A stretch of DNA of 59,925 nucleotides from a virus (lineage: Duplodnaviria; Caudoviricetes), in IMG/VR virus record IMGVR_UViG_3300030333_004437, positions 1-59,925 of that record; one strand, given 5' to 3'. How positions within the stretch are numbered: the first letter of the stretch is position 1; each line of letters begins with the position of its first letter. Positions 1-8,077 of this stretch are shown piece by piece. The position numbers were made by a program, and so were the translations under genes. The notes under the pieces are model-generated. The model worked only from the letters and a program-made list of their open reading frames with translations, searched no databases and was not told the origin of the DNA.

Positions 1-549
1 GGTGACCCAATCGGTAGACATTCAGGCGCATCTATATCTACTGAGATACCAAGAGAGAATGTATATGAGTTAGTAAGGTTATTTGTACACGATGGTTATG
101 GTGGTAATATAGAATCGTATCTTATAGGAAAAGGATTTAAATGGTTGAAAGAAAACAAACCACATATAAAAGGATTAATATCTTACGCTGACCCACAAGA
201 GGGACACGTGGGTACAATATATCAGGCTACAAATTGGATTTATCAAGGTAACAAGATTAGACCTAATGATAGTTGGTTATTTAAGTGGAATGAGGGTGGT
301 GAGTGGCAACACGGCAGAACTATATTTCCATACTATGGAACTAACGATGTTGAGAAACTTCGTAACTTAGTTCCTAAAGATTTTTGGATTAAAAAAGAAT
401 TAAGAAAGCATAGGTATGTTTACTTGTTAGGAAGTAAAACAGATATACGAAAAGCAAAAAAAGGATTAAAGTATCCTGCATTACCATATCCAAAAGTAAA
501 GGGTATAGAGGATGTAGAGATAAAAAAGATAAAGGTTAATAATGGCTGA
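1..549 (+). CDS. Mom-like (GNAT-fold) DNA adenine modification protein, 5'-truncated by the window edge
   Basis: The frame is open from base 1 (GDPIGRHSG...VYELVRLFVHDG...ESYLIG) into ORF 145..549. Motifs ELxRL, ISYADPxxGHxGTIYQATNW and a C-terminal KHRYVY match Mom-family proteins and the paralog at 19608. Confidence 0.7.
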   Translation, partial: GDPIGRHSGASISTEIPRENVYELVRLFVHDGYGGNIESYLIGKGFKWLKENKPHIKGLISYADPQEGHVGTIYQATNWIYQGNKIRPNDSWLFKWNEGGEWQHGRTIFPYYGTNDVEKLRNLVPKDFWIKKELRKHRYVYLLGSKTDIRKAKKGLKYPALPYPKVKGIEDVEIKKIKVNNG

Positions 550-1027
550 AAGAAATAAACCAACATACGTAGATTTTGACTATGACAATTACAAGTGGAA
601 ATCAAACATAGACTATCGTAAGAATCCGCACCTATATGAAATAGGTAGAGGACAACAAGGTGTGTTAACTTGTGAACCTTACAAATCAGAACTACATCCA
701 TTGTGGAGATTTAAAACACCAGAAGAAGCACAACTATCTTGTAATCTAATTTATATAAAGTTCTTAGAATATATAGAACAAGGTGATTTTGTAGGTGCTG
801 ATATGGCTAAGAAATATCTACATATGGGATTCACACGTAGTCGTAGATATTGGAATCATAGTTCAGGTAAAAAATGGATTAATGATGGTGAGTGGAGAGT
901 ATTAACTTATGATAGGAATGAACAAAGATTTATGGATAGTAGTCTAATATTTCAAAAATATTGGAAGATGGCTAGAGAAGATACTGAGTATTTAGATATG
1001 AAAAAAAACTTTAAAAGAAATAAATGA
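542..1027 (+). CDS. DUF4385-family protein
   Basis: Characteristic GRGQQGVLxCEPYKSELxPxWRFKTP and DFVGADMAKKYLHMGFTRSRRY motifs. Confidence 0.75.
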   Translation: MAERNKPTYVDFDYDNYKWKSNIDYRKNPHLYEIGRGQQGVLTCEPYKSELHPLWRFKTPEEAQLSCNLIYIKFLEYIEQGDFVGADMAKKYLHMGFTRSRRYWNHSSGKKWINDGEWRVLTYDRNEQRFMDSSLIFQKYWKMAREDTEYLDMKKNFKRNK

Positions 1028-1263
1028 ATACAGCTATGTCAAGAGATAAGTTGTTAGCACGTGGTTATTGCTGTGGTTTGAGTTGTCTAAATTGCCCGTA
1101 CGACCCACCACATCGAAAAGGTAATAAGACTGTAAGACCAATGGAAAAAAGAATCAGATTAGGTCCTCATTCCAAAGGTGCTAAATCAACCCATTGGGAT
1201 TTAGATTATATGCCTAAAAAAGAGGTTGAAAAATTATTTAAAAAAAGTGAAAAAAAAGCTTGA
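1024..1263 (+). CDS. Small Cys-rich protein (DUF5522-like)
   Basis: RGYCCGxxCxxCPY motif; start overlaps the upstream stop. Confidence 0.55.
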   Translation: MNTAMSRDKLLARGYCCGLSCLNCPYDPPHRKGNKTVRPMEKRIRLGPHSKGAKSTHWDLDYMPKKEVEKLFKKSEKKA

Positions 1264-1289
1264 CTTGTATGGTCAAAATGTATTAAGAT
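1260..1289 (+). promoter_or_regulatory. Sigma70-type early promoter
   Basis: A-tract, TTGACT, 18-bp spacer, TAAGAT; same architecture as the sites at 9704 and 17803. Confidence 0.65.
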
Positions 1290-1299
1290 CTAGAGTAAA

Positions 1300-2487
1300 A
1301 TGAAAAGGAAAAAAACCGAAATGAATAAAACAGTTGTAAAAATCGAAATGTCTGGTAACAGATATAATGCTTGGGATAAGGATGGTAACAAATATACCTC
1401 TGATATCTCAAATGGTACTCGTAAGAGTGCTTTTAAACAAGGTATGGCTCTTGAAAAGAGAGAGGGTAAGAATGGTAGGACTTATTGGTGGAAAGTTCCA
1501 ATGAGTGTTTTTGAAGCAACATCTGCTCCTGTATTTGATGTATCTTCAGTTGATATACCTACCGATCACGCAGAAGTTCTTAACTTTATTCACTCTTCTT
1601 ATAATCTAAAGCCTGAAGGTTTGGTTATGAAAGAACTAAAGTGGAAGTATCTTGTTCGTTCTGCTGTTCGTGGTAAGAATATTTTGATGACAGGTCCTGC
1701 TGGTTGTGGTAAAACTCTGGCTGCTAAATCACTTGTTAACTCACTTGACAGACCTGACTTCTACTTTAATTTGGGAGCTACTCAGGATCCTCGCTCTACC
1801 TTGATTGGTAATACTCACTTCGATAAGAAGAAGGGTACTTACTTTTCTGAATCACTTTTTGTAAAGGCTCTTAGGACTCCTAACGCTGTGATTCTACTTG
1901 ACGAGTTGTCAAGGGCTCATCCTGATGCTTGGAATATCTTGATGACTGTTCTTGATTCAGGTCAGAGATATCTAAGGTTAGATGAGGCAGATGGTGCTGA
2001 GACTGTCAATGTTGCAGAGGGTGTTACTTTCGTAGCTACGGCTAACATTGGTAATGAGTATACTTCTACAAGAGTTATGGATAAGGCTTTGATGGACAGA
2101 TTCATTATTGTTGAGATGGATGTTCTGAATGATGAAGAAGAGTTTGGATTACTTCAGTATATGTATCCTCACGTTGATGGTGATTTACTAAAAGCTATTA
2201 GTGAGATATCTCATATGTCTCGTGTGGAATCTAAATCAGAGGCTGGTAAGTTATCGACTGGTATCTCAACAAGAACTTCAGTTGAGATGGCTGCTCTTGT
2301 TTTTGATGGCTTCGGACTTGATGAGGCTGCTGAGGTTACGGTTTACCCTCAGTTTGCTGATGATGGTGTTGATTCAGAGAGAACCTTTATTAAGCAGTTA
2401 GTACAGAAGTACGTTAATGATGGTTCTGATGAAAACATCTTCAATGAAGAAGTAGAAGAAGAAGCAGAAGTTGAGGGTGCTATATAG
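1300..2487 (+). CDS. MoxR/CbbQ/CobS-type AAA+ ATPase
   Basis: Walker A GPAGCGKT, Walker B ILLDELSR, sensor ATAN and DxALMDRF arginine finger. Confidence 0.85.
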   Translation: MKRKKTEMNKTVVKIEMSGNRYNAWDKDGNKYTSDISNGTRKSAFKQGMALEKREGKNGRTYWWKVPMSVFEATSAPVFDVSSVDIPTDHAEVLNFIHSSYNLKPEGLVMKELKWKYLVRSAVRGKNILMTGPAGCGKTLAAKSLVNSLDRPDFYFNLGATQDPRSTLIGNTHFDKKKGTYFSESLFVKALRTPNAVILLDELSRAHPDAWNILMTVLDSGQRYLRLDEADGAETVNVAEGVTFVATANIGNEYTSTRVMDKALMDRFIIVEMDVLNDEEEFGLLQYMYPHVDGDLLKAISEISHMSRVESKSEAGKLSTGISTRTSVEMAALVFDGFGLDEAAEVTVYPQFADDGVDSERTFIKQLVQKYVNDGSDENIFNEEVEEEAEVEGAI

Positions 2488-2525
2488 CGCCCTCGGCTTA
2501 TGCCGAAAAATTTTAGGAGTTTATT

Positions 2526-2732
2526 ATGAAAAAAGTATATGAGAAACATTGGGCAAGTCCTACACGAATCATTACTACAAAAAAATATAAACTTACAATG
2601 AAAGATTTTTTCAATGTGGGTGAATTTGTTTTGATTTTGTTAGCAGGTTTTTTCTTGTTAAGGATAATGTTTGGTTTTGTTAATGGTATGGAAGCTTGGT
2701 CTGAAATGGATAAATTATTAAGGGGTTACTAA
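2526..2732 (+). CDS. Hypothetical small membrane protein
   Basis: AGGAG RBS; one hydrophobic stretch (FVLILLAGFFLLRIMFGFV). Confidence 0.6.
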   Translation: MKKVYEKHWASPTRIITTKKYKLTMKDFFNVGEFVLILLAGFFLLRIMFGFVNGMEAWSEMDKLLRGY

Positions 2733-2733
2733 A

Positions 2734-3312
2734 TTGAAAAAATTAAATGTTACTGTAGGAATTGATGTAGATGGTGTACTTAGAGATTTTTGTCAAGGGT
2801 TAGAGAGAGTAGTAAAAGAAAATTATCCACAATATTTGCCTGAAGATTATACAGGTATAAATAATTGGAAGTTATCAGAGAACTTTAGAGCAAGTAAACC
2901 TGATTTACAAAAGATATATTGGGATGATTATGCTAAAGAGATTATGGGTGAATCTCCAGCTTTTGAAGAGAATGTTAAACAGATGAAAGATATGATTTTA
3001 TGGGGTGAAGATATCGGTGTTAGATTTGTTTGTGTTACTTCACAAAAGCCACACGCTAGACACTTTACAGCTTATTGGTTAGGTAAACACGAACTTAACT
3101 TTGATACAATATACTTTAGAAGAGGTTTTGAAAAAGCTAAAACACCTGTAGATTATTTAATAGATGATTCGCCAAATAACTGGCGATATTGGAAAGAGCA
3201 AAGAGGTTTTGAGGATGGTTTTATTTTGATGAATGCACCATACAATCAAGATATCGATGCTAAGAATAGAATATTTCAGTTAGATGATGCGGTTGATTTA
3301 ATAGCAAAATAG
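2734..3312 (+). CDS. HAD-family 5'(3')-deoxyribonucleotidase-like protein
   Basis: DVDGVLRD motif I, VTS motif II, YLIDDSPxN motif IV and APYN tail. Confidence 0.8.
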   Translation: MKKLNVTVGIDVDGVLRDFCQGLERVVKENYPQYLPEDYTGINNWKLSENFRASKPDLQKIYWDDYAKEIMGESPAFEENVKQMKDMILWGEDIGVRFVCVTSQKPHARHFTAYWLGKHELNFDTIYFRRGFEKAKTPVDYLIDDSPNNWRYWKEQRGFEDGFILMNAPYNQDIDAKNRIFQLDDAVDLIAK

Positions 3313-3323
3313 GAGATTGATAA

Positions 3324-3479
3324 ATGTTATCAACAAAAGAAAAAAAGAAGTTTAAGTTAGTCTTTGATGTTTATACAAAACATATAATGGGCTCTATCGA
3401 AAAAGGTAATGACCCTACTTACGCTCTAAAAAGAGTTGTTAAGTTAGTTAAAGATTACAGAAAAAAGATAGAAATTTAA
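3324..3479 (+). CDS. Hypothetical 51-aa protein (not in the ORF track)
   Basis: AGGAG RBS, ATG at 3324, MLSTKEKKKFKLVFDVY...KKIEI-stop; fills the intergenic gap. Confidence 0.55.
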   Translation: MLSTKEKKKFKLVFDVYTKHIMGSIEKGNDPTYALKRVVKLVKDYRKKIEI

Positions 3480-3528
3480 AAGTCATTTCAAACTCTATTT
3501 ATAGGTGTAACCTTAATGGAGATTTGTT

Positions 3529-4023
3529 ATGGCAAAAAAACTTGATGCTCGTGAGTATGAAGCAGAACTAATAAAAGTTTTAGATGGAGATACAATCGAT
3601 TGTTATATCGACTTGGGATTTGATATTAAGATTAAGAAGAGAGTTCGATATATGGGTATCGATACTTGGGAATCAAGAACAAGAGATTTAGCTGAAAAAG
3701 AAAAAGGTTTAGCAGCTAAAGCTCGTAATAAAGAATTATTAGAAGGTGGAGTTTTTAAACTTAAATCATTCGGAACAGGTAAATTTGGTAGAGTTCTTGG
3801 AGAGATATTTGTAGATCCAGATAATGTAGGTCCTTACATCAGCGAATGTATATTAGATGAGAATCATAGTATAGATTGTACAGCTGATGGTTGGGTAAGT
3901 GTGAATGATATCTTAATAGAAGAAGGACACGCTTATGATTACCACGGTGGTAAGAAAAAAGAGTTTAAGAAAGAAATTAAAGAAGAAAAAGAAAACCAAG
4001 AAAAATCAGTAAAAGATATATAG
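3529..4023 (+). CDS. Thermonuclease (SNase-like) family nuclease
   Basis: KVLDGDTID, RVRYMGIDTWESRT and GKFGRVLG motifs; GGAG RBS. Confidence 0.8.
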   Translation: MAKKLDAREYEAELIKVLDGDTIDCYIDLGFDIKIKKRVRYMGIDTWESRTRDLAEKEKGLAAKARNKELLEGGVFKLKSFGTGKFGRVLGEIFVDPDNVGPYISECILDENHSIDCTADGWVSVNDILIEEGHAYDYHGGKKKEFKKEIKEEKENQEKSVKDI

Positions 4024-4032
4024 AGGTATTGT

Positions 4033-4920
4033 ATTAAATTAAAAGTACATAGGTTACACAATCAAAGTTGCAGAATAGAAAAGGCATCACCGACACTTGG
4101 ATTAGATAAAGTATCTAATCAGTTTAGAGATGCTTTAAAATATTGTGGTCCTTTTAATCACGCTAACAAAGCAGGTTACTACATCTACCCACCTGTAGAT
4201 ATTACTATAAAGTATGAACAACATCCTGATGAAGTAGGGCATATACAAAAGATGCCTGAACAATCTAAGAGTTTTGAATTATTAGAAATGGGAGCTTGGG
4301 ATGCTGATAGTTCTTACCTAAAAGATAAAGTATTATCATTCGATGATAGGTACAAAGATACTTTTGAAAAGAATGAAGAGTTATCAAAGATTCTAACTAA
4401 GAGAAGTGATTTACTATCATTTGGTAAAGTAGAACAAAACATTATGACAATTTGGACTGGTTGTATATTCGAAACACCACCAGGTTGGGGATTACTAATT
4501 ACAGACCCAATTAACGATTACTACAGATATAGTAAATCAAAACCATATACAATTCAAGCTGGTATATTAGAAACTGATTGGATGGTATATGATATATGGA
4601 TTAATATAGCTTTTAAAGAAAACTGCACAGTTAAAATAGAAAAAGATAAACCTGTAGCAGCTCTGATTCCAATACGTAGAGATACGTATGAAGAAAAATG
4701 GGAGTTAGAAAACGAAGATTTAAATAAATTTCAATATAAGCGTTGGTTAGATTATAATTATAGAAAGTACGGCGCTTACAGACATAGTAAAGAAACTAAT
4801 TCTAAAACGGAACACGATTTAGGACAGATGATGAAAAACCAAAAAGTATATCATCAACAGAGGAAACGTAATGCAAAGCCAAAAGAAGAATTTAAGGGAA
4901 ATGACTATAATAAAAGTTAA
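4033..4920 (+). CDS. DUF6065-like protein, probably starting at a non-canonical ATT codon
   Basis: The frame is open from 4024 and carries a CGPFNHANKAGYYIYPP motif upstream of the track's ATG at 4252; GAGGT RBS 5 nt before ATT at 4033; downstream TPPGWGLLITDP and GILETDW motifs. Confidence 0.6.
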   Translation: MKLKVHRLHNQSCRIEKASPTLGLDKVSNQFRDALKYCGPFNHANKAGYYIYPPVDITIKYEQHPDEVGHIQKMPEQSKSFELLEMGAWDADSSYLKDKVLSFDDRYKDTFEKNEELSKILTKRSDLLSFGKVEQNIMTIWTGCIFETPPGWGLLITDPINDYYRYSKSKPYTIQAGILETDWMVYDIWINIAFKENCTVKIEKDKPVAALIPIRRDTYEEKWELENEDLNKFQYKRWLDYNYRKYGAYRHSKETNSKTEHDLGQMMKNQKVYHQQRKRNAKPKEEFKGNDYNKS

Positions 4921-4980
4921 TGTACCTTACGCAAATAAGAATACAACTATATCACAAAAATATTTTACTTGGAGAAAATG

Positions 4981-5226
4981 ATGAAAACGACTAAGTACTT
5001 TAGTGCCACTTGGTGTGGTCCTTGTCAACAATTTAAACCAATTATGAAAGAATTAGCTAATGAAGGAAATAACATTCAGTTTATTGATGTAGATAAGGAT
5101 AGTGAATTAGCAAGTAAATACGGAGTCCGTTCAGTACCAACGGTGGTTATAGAAGATGGTGGTGTTGAAGTGGATAGATTTGTTGGAGTATTACCGAAAA
5201 ATAAAGTTATGGAGAGAATATCATAA
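4981..5226 (+). CDS. Thioredoxin
   Basis: WCGPC active site and VRSVPT cis-Pro loop; GGAG RBS at 4971. Confidence 0.9.
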   Translation: MKTTKYFSATWCGPCQQFKPIMKELANEGNNIQFIDVDKDSELASKYGVRSVPTVVIEDGGVEVDRFVGVLPKNKVMERIS

Positions 5227-5364
5227 ATGGCAAGAACACTTGATGGAACAAAAGTAAGAAAACCAGTAAAGAAAAAAACCAGACAAGGTGCTGGTAGAGG
5301 AACTAAAAAAACTGCGATAAAACCTTATCGTGGACAAGGTGGTAAAAAAAGACGTGCAAAGTAA
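5227..5364 (+). CDS. Small basic 45-aa protein (not in the ORF track)
   Basis: MARTLDGTKVRKPVKKKTRQGAGRGTKKTAIKPYRGQGGKKRRAK; starts right after the thioredoxin stop; I recall the YRGQG motif from small proteins of T4-like aquatic phages. Confidence 0.6.
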   Translation: MARTLDGTKVRKPVKKKTRQGAGRGTKKTAIKPYRGQGGKKRRAK

Positions 5365-5998
5365 TTTTCTTAGATACGATGATAATTGGATTCACAATTA
5401 CTTGAATCCAATATTATCATCTGGCGCACCATCTGAATTAGTTTCTGAAGAAATAGAAAAAAATACAGTAGGTACAGATATACATCTAATGCCAATTTTT
5501 TCACAAAGGTTTTGTGATACTATTACAAAAATGGCTTCAGAAATGCCTGAACAAAATTGGACTAAAGGTAGACACGAACATTACCCAACCAACGATATAT
5601 TACTAAAAGATTTTGATGCTAGATTGTATGAAGTATTTCAGTCAGTTTTACAAAATTGGTTACTACCACACGCTTTAAACATATATCAGATAGCTGGTAA
5701 AAAAGCAGAAGATTTTGCTGATGAAACTTTTTTGGTTAGGTACACGATTGAGAATCAATCCTACTTAGATACACATATGGATAGTTCGTACTTTACATTT
5801 AATACATCATTGAATAATAATTTTATTGGTGGCGGAACTTATTTTAAAAAATACAACCTAACTTTACAACCTCAGCCAGGTTGGAGTGTTTTAGCACCAA
5901 GTTTAGTTACACACAAACACGGTGCAAGACCTATATCAGAGGGTGTACGATATATGTTGATATCATTTATACATCCTATTGTGCAACCAGCGTATTAG
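5330..5998 (+). CDS. 2OG-Fe(II) oxygenase, lysyl-hydroxylase(PLOD)-like
   Basis: FLVRY...HxDSS...GGGTYF...THKHGARPISEGVRY with HxD...H triad; the start may be the GTG at 5354. Confidence 0.8.
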   Translation: MDKVVKKDVQSNFLRYDDNWIHNYLNPILSSGAPSELVSEEIEKNTVGTDIHLMPIFSQRFCDTITKMASEMPEQNWTKGRHEHYPTNDILLKDFDARLYEVFQSVLQNWLLPHALNIYQIAGKKAEDFADETFLVRYTIENQSYLDTHMDSSYFTFNTSLNNNFIGGGTYFKKYNLTLQPQPGWSVLAPSLVTHKHGARPISEGVRYMLISFIHPIVQPAY

Positions 5999-6040
5999 AA
6001 AAAAAAATTGTATTTTAGAAAATAAGTTTATACTTATATT

Positions 6041-6500
6041 ATGTGTCTCGAATGACACAAAAGTTTTTTGACAATTTGAAATTTTGAGAAGTACGGAGAG
6101 TAATTAACTCTGTATGGGATTGGCTGAATAATGGGTAACCATAGGAAGCCCATAAGGCAATCCGCTTCAAGACTTGTGGTGAGTTGGTATTCGGCTAAAC
6201 GTTGACAATACCCTACGATAGTAGTTGGAGAAGGTACTTTCAGAATAAAATAAGAAGCGATTCTTATGACCTTGTTATGGGTAAGGGTAAAACTGAAATC
6301 CCATCTTAGTGGCTGAATCAATCTAAACTCAGAGAGATAAAGCAATACTACAGAGGTTATACTCACTCTGACGTAGACTAACCATCTATGAAGAGAATCA
6401 TCGTAACTGATGGGTAGTAGGTACAAGGGCAAATAAATCTGAGCGAGAAAGTTGTTGGTAATCGCTAATCCAACATCCCCATAAATTTCAAAATTTAAAA
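6041..6500 (+). ncRNA. Putative large structured non-coding RNA (class unassigned)
   Basis: No credible + strand ORF; GC-richer than the flanks; 10-bp closing stem 6075-6084/6483-6492, many internal stems, GNRA tetraloops (GUAA, GCGA), apparent pseudoknots; promoter-like motif upstream and long hairpin downstream. Confidence 0.7.
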
Positions 6501-6560
6501 AGTAGGGCACTAAATTTTTAGTTCTCACTATTTTAAAAACTTAAAAATTGGTGTCCTACT
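6501..6560 (+). terminator. Long imperfect hairpin; probable terminator or 3' processing stem
   Basis: AGTAGGGCACTAAATTTTTAGTT ... AACTTAAAAATTGGTGTCCTACT inverted repeat directly after the ncRNA candidate. Confidence 0.55.
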
Positions 6561-6578
6561 ATTTATTAACAGAAGAAT

Positions 6579-6670
6579 TCAGCGCTCAAATGAGGCTGAT
6601 ATAGTAAATGAGATATGATGTCGAAAGAATCAATCTCAAGTTTAGCGAAAGTAAACAACAGGAGAATACA
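6579..6670 (+). promoter_or_regulatory. Structured 5' leader of hsp20
   Basis: Three consecutive hairpins: TCAGCGCTC-AAAT-GAGGCTGA, TGAGAT..TC-GAAA-GA..ATCTCA and GTTTAGC-GAAA-GTAAAC, just before the AGGAG RBS. Confidence 0.5.
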
Positions 6671-7147
6671 ATGACTAAAGTAGTCTTTAAAAATCGCACA
6701 CTCCCTATGTTAGATAGGGATTCTTTTTTAACCCCCTTTGATAAAATGTTTGACCAGATAGTATCAGCTCAATTTCCTGAGATGACTAAAAGTGTTGGTG
6801 TCAATCCAATGCAAGGAACAGCATACCCAAAAGTCAACGTATATGAATACGATGATAAAGTTGGTGTTGTCGCTGAGATTCCTGGCTTAGATAAGAAAGA
6901 CTTATCTATTGATGTAGAGGATGGTATACTAACTATCGCTGGAAACAAACACGGATTGTTTGATGATGCAGGTGCAAAAGTAATTCGTAGAGAATTAAAA
7001 CAATCTTCATTCAAGAGACAATTTGAACTTGGTGAACTTCTCGATGGTAAGAAAATCAAGGCTTCATTCAAAGATGGATTATTATCCATTCAGATTCCGA
7101 AAGTGGAGCCAGCAAAGCCAGAGAAGCACTCAGTTAAAATCTCTTAA
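6671..7147 (+). CDS. hsp20: Small heat shock protein (Hsp20/alpha-crystallin)
   Basis: PKVNVYE...AEIPGLDKKD...GILTI...FKRQFEL...ASFKDGLLSIQIPK and C-terminal VKI motif; AGGAG RBS favours the ATG at 6671. Confidence 0.9.
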   Translation: MTKVVFKNRTLPMLDRDSFLTPFDKMFDQIVSAQFPEMTKSVGVNPMQGTAYPKVNVYEYDDKVGVVAEIPGLDKKDLSIDVEDGILTIAGNKHGLFDDAGAKVIRRELKQSSFKRQFELGELLDGKKIKASFKDGLLSIQIPKVEPAKPEKHSVKIS

Positions 7148-7149
7148 AG

Positions 7150-7338
7150 GTGCAGCTAATCACCGTTAATAACGAGAGATATCTCGTTCTTAGTACGGTA
7201 TCAGCGCACAAAATCGCTCCCGAGGTTACAACTACAGACTTGAAAGAACGAGTCTACTTAGCTGATACCGTACTAAAGAACGGTGATACCTACTATTTAT
7301 GTATGAAGTGTATTGATGTAGAATTTGAAGAGATATAA
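7150..7338 (+). CDS. Hypothetical protein
   Basis: 62-aa ORF in a tightly packed + strand operon. Confidence 0.55.
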   Translation: MQLITVNNERYLVLSTVSAHKIAPEVTTTDLKERVYLADTVLKNGDTYYLCMKCIDVEFEEI

Positions 7339-7340
7339 TT

Positions 7341-7532
7341 ATGGGAAATATAGATAAATTTGATGAGTATGTACTAAAGCGACTCTTAGAAAAAAGAGAT
7401 AAAAGTATCTTAGAGGAAGATACTGAGGAGTTTATGTATCTTATGTCAGAATTTATCAAACACTTTAGACTAAATGAAGAAGTAGAAAAGAAACTCTTAT
7501 TTGATATTAGAGATAGGTTACCACAGGCATAA
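7341..7532 (+). CDS. Hypothetical protein
   Basis: 63-aa ORF in a tightly packed operon. Confidence 0.55.
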   Translation: MGNIDKFDEYVLKRLLEKRDKSILEEDTEEFMYLMSEFIKHFRLNEEVEKKLLFDIRDRLPQA

Positions 7533-7535
7533 TGA

Positions 7536-8045
7536 TTGAAACGCTCCACTAAAAAATTAAAATATAAATTACAATGGTTACAATTAGAATTAGAAGAAGT
7601 ATTAGAAATTAATGCTGAAGCTAATGCTCAATTCTTAGTTGATTTTGCGTATTGTTTAGATGAACAACAAAGTAAAACAGTTGAACATCAAGATACAGAA
7701 AGTTTTGAAAACACCGAAGAAGTATCAAAAAAATTATTTAAAGAGATAGCGGTTAAAACGCATCCTGATAAATTAAAAGAAGATAGTAATGAAGTTTTTG
7801 TTAAGGCAAACAAAGCAAACAAATCAAAAAACTTTTCAGAACTACTAAGTATAGCTGAAGATTTAAACATAGATACTACAAAGTATTTGGAAGATGAGAG
7901 GTTATTACAATCACATTGTGCAGATATAACACATAAGATACGTGAGATAAAAGAACGTATAGCGTGGATATGGTATCACACACCGAGAGAAGAATTAGTA
8001 TTAATGAAAAATAAAATTGAACAACTTCTAAAGTCTACACAATAA
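7536..8045 (+). CDS. J-domain-like co-chaperone
   Basis: KKLFKEIAVKTHPDK helix-HPD motif followed by FVKANKA. Confidence 0.6.
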   Translation: MKRSTKKLKYKLQWLQLELEEVLEINAEANAQFLVDFAYCLDEQQSKTVEHQDTESFENTEEVSKKLFKEIAVKTHPDKLKEDSNEVFVKANKANKSKNFSELLSIAEDLNIDTTKYLEDERLLQSHCADITHKIREIKERIAWIWYHTPREELVLMKNKIEQLLKSTQ

Positions 8046-8077
8046 TTATTACTACGTAACATAATAGGGAGAATTTC

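Noticed and set aside
6041-6500. tmRNA, RNase P RNA, tRNA cluster or group I intron identity for the ncRNA
   Set aside because: No tRNA-like ends or CCA, no GAGGAAAGUCC core, no T-loop GTTCGA motifs, and it does not interrupt a gene.
6034-6528. 164-aa minus-strand ORF
   Set aside because: No RBS or recognisable motif, atypical composition, against the local gene direction; the region is better explained as structured RNA on the + strand.
6579-6599. CIRCE (HrcA operator) upstream of hsp20
   Set aside because: TCAGCGCTC resembles the left arm, but the spacer is 4 nt rather than 9 and the right arm is a base short; treated as an RNA hairpin.
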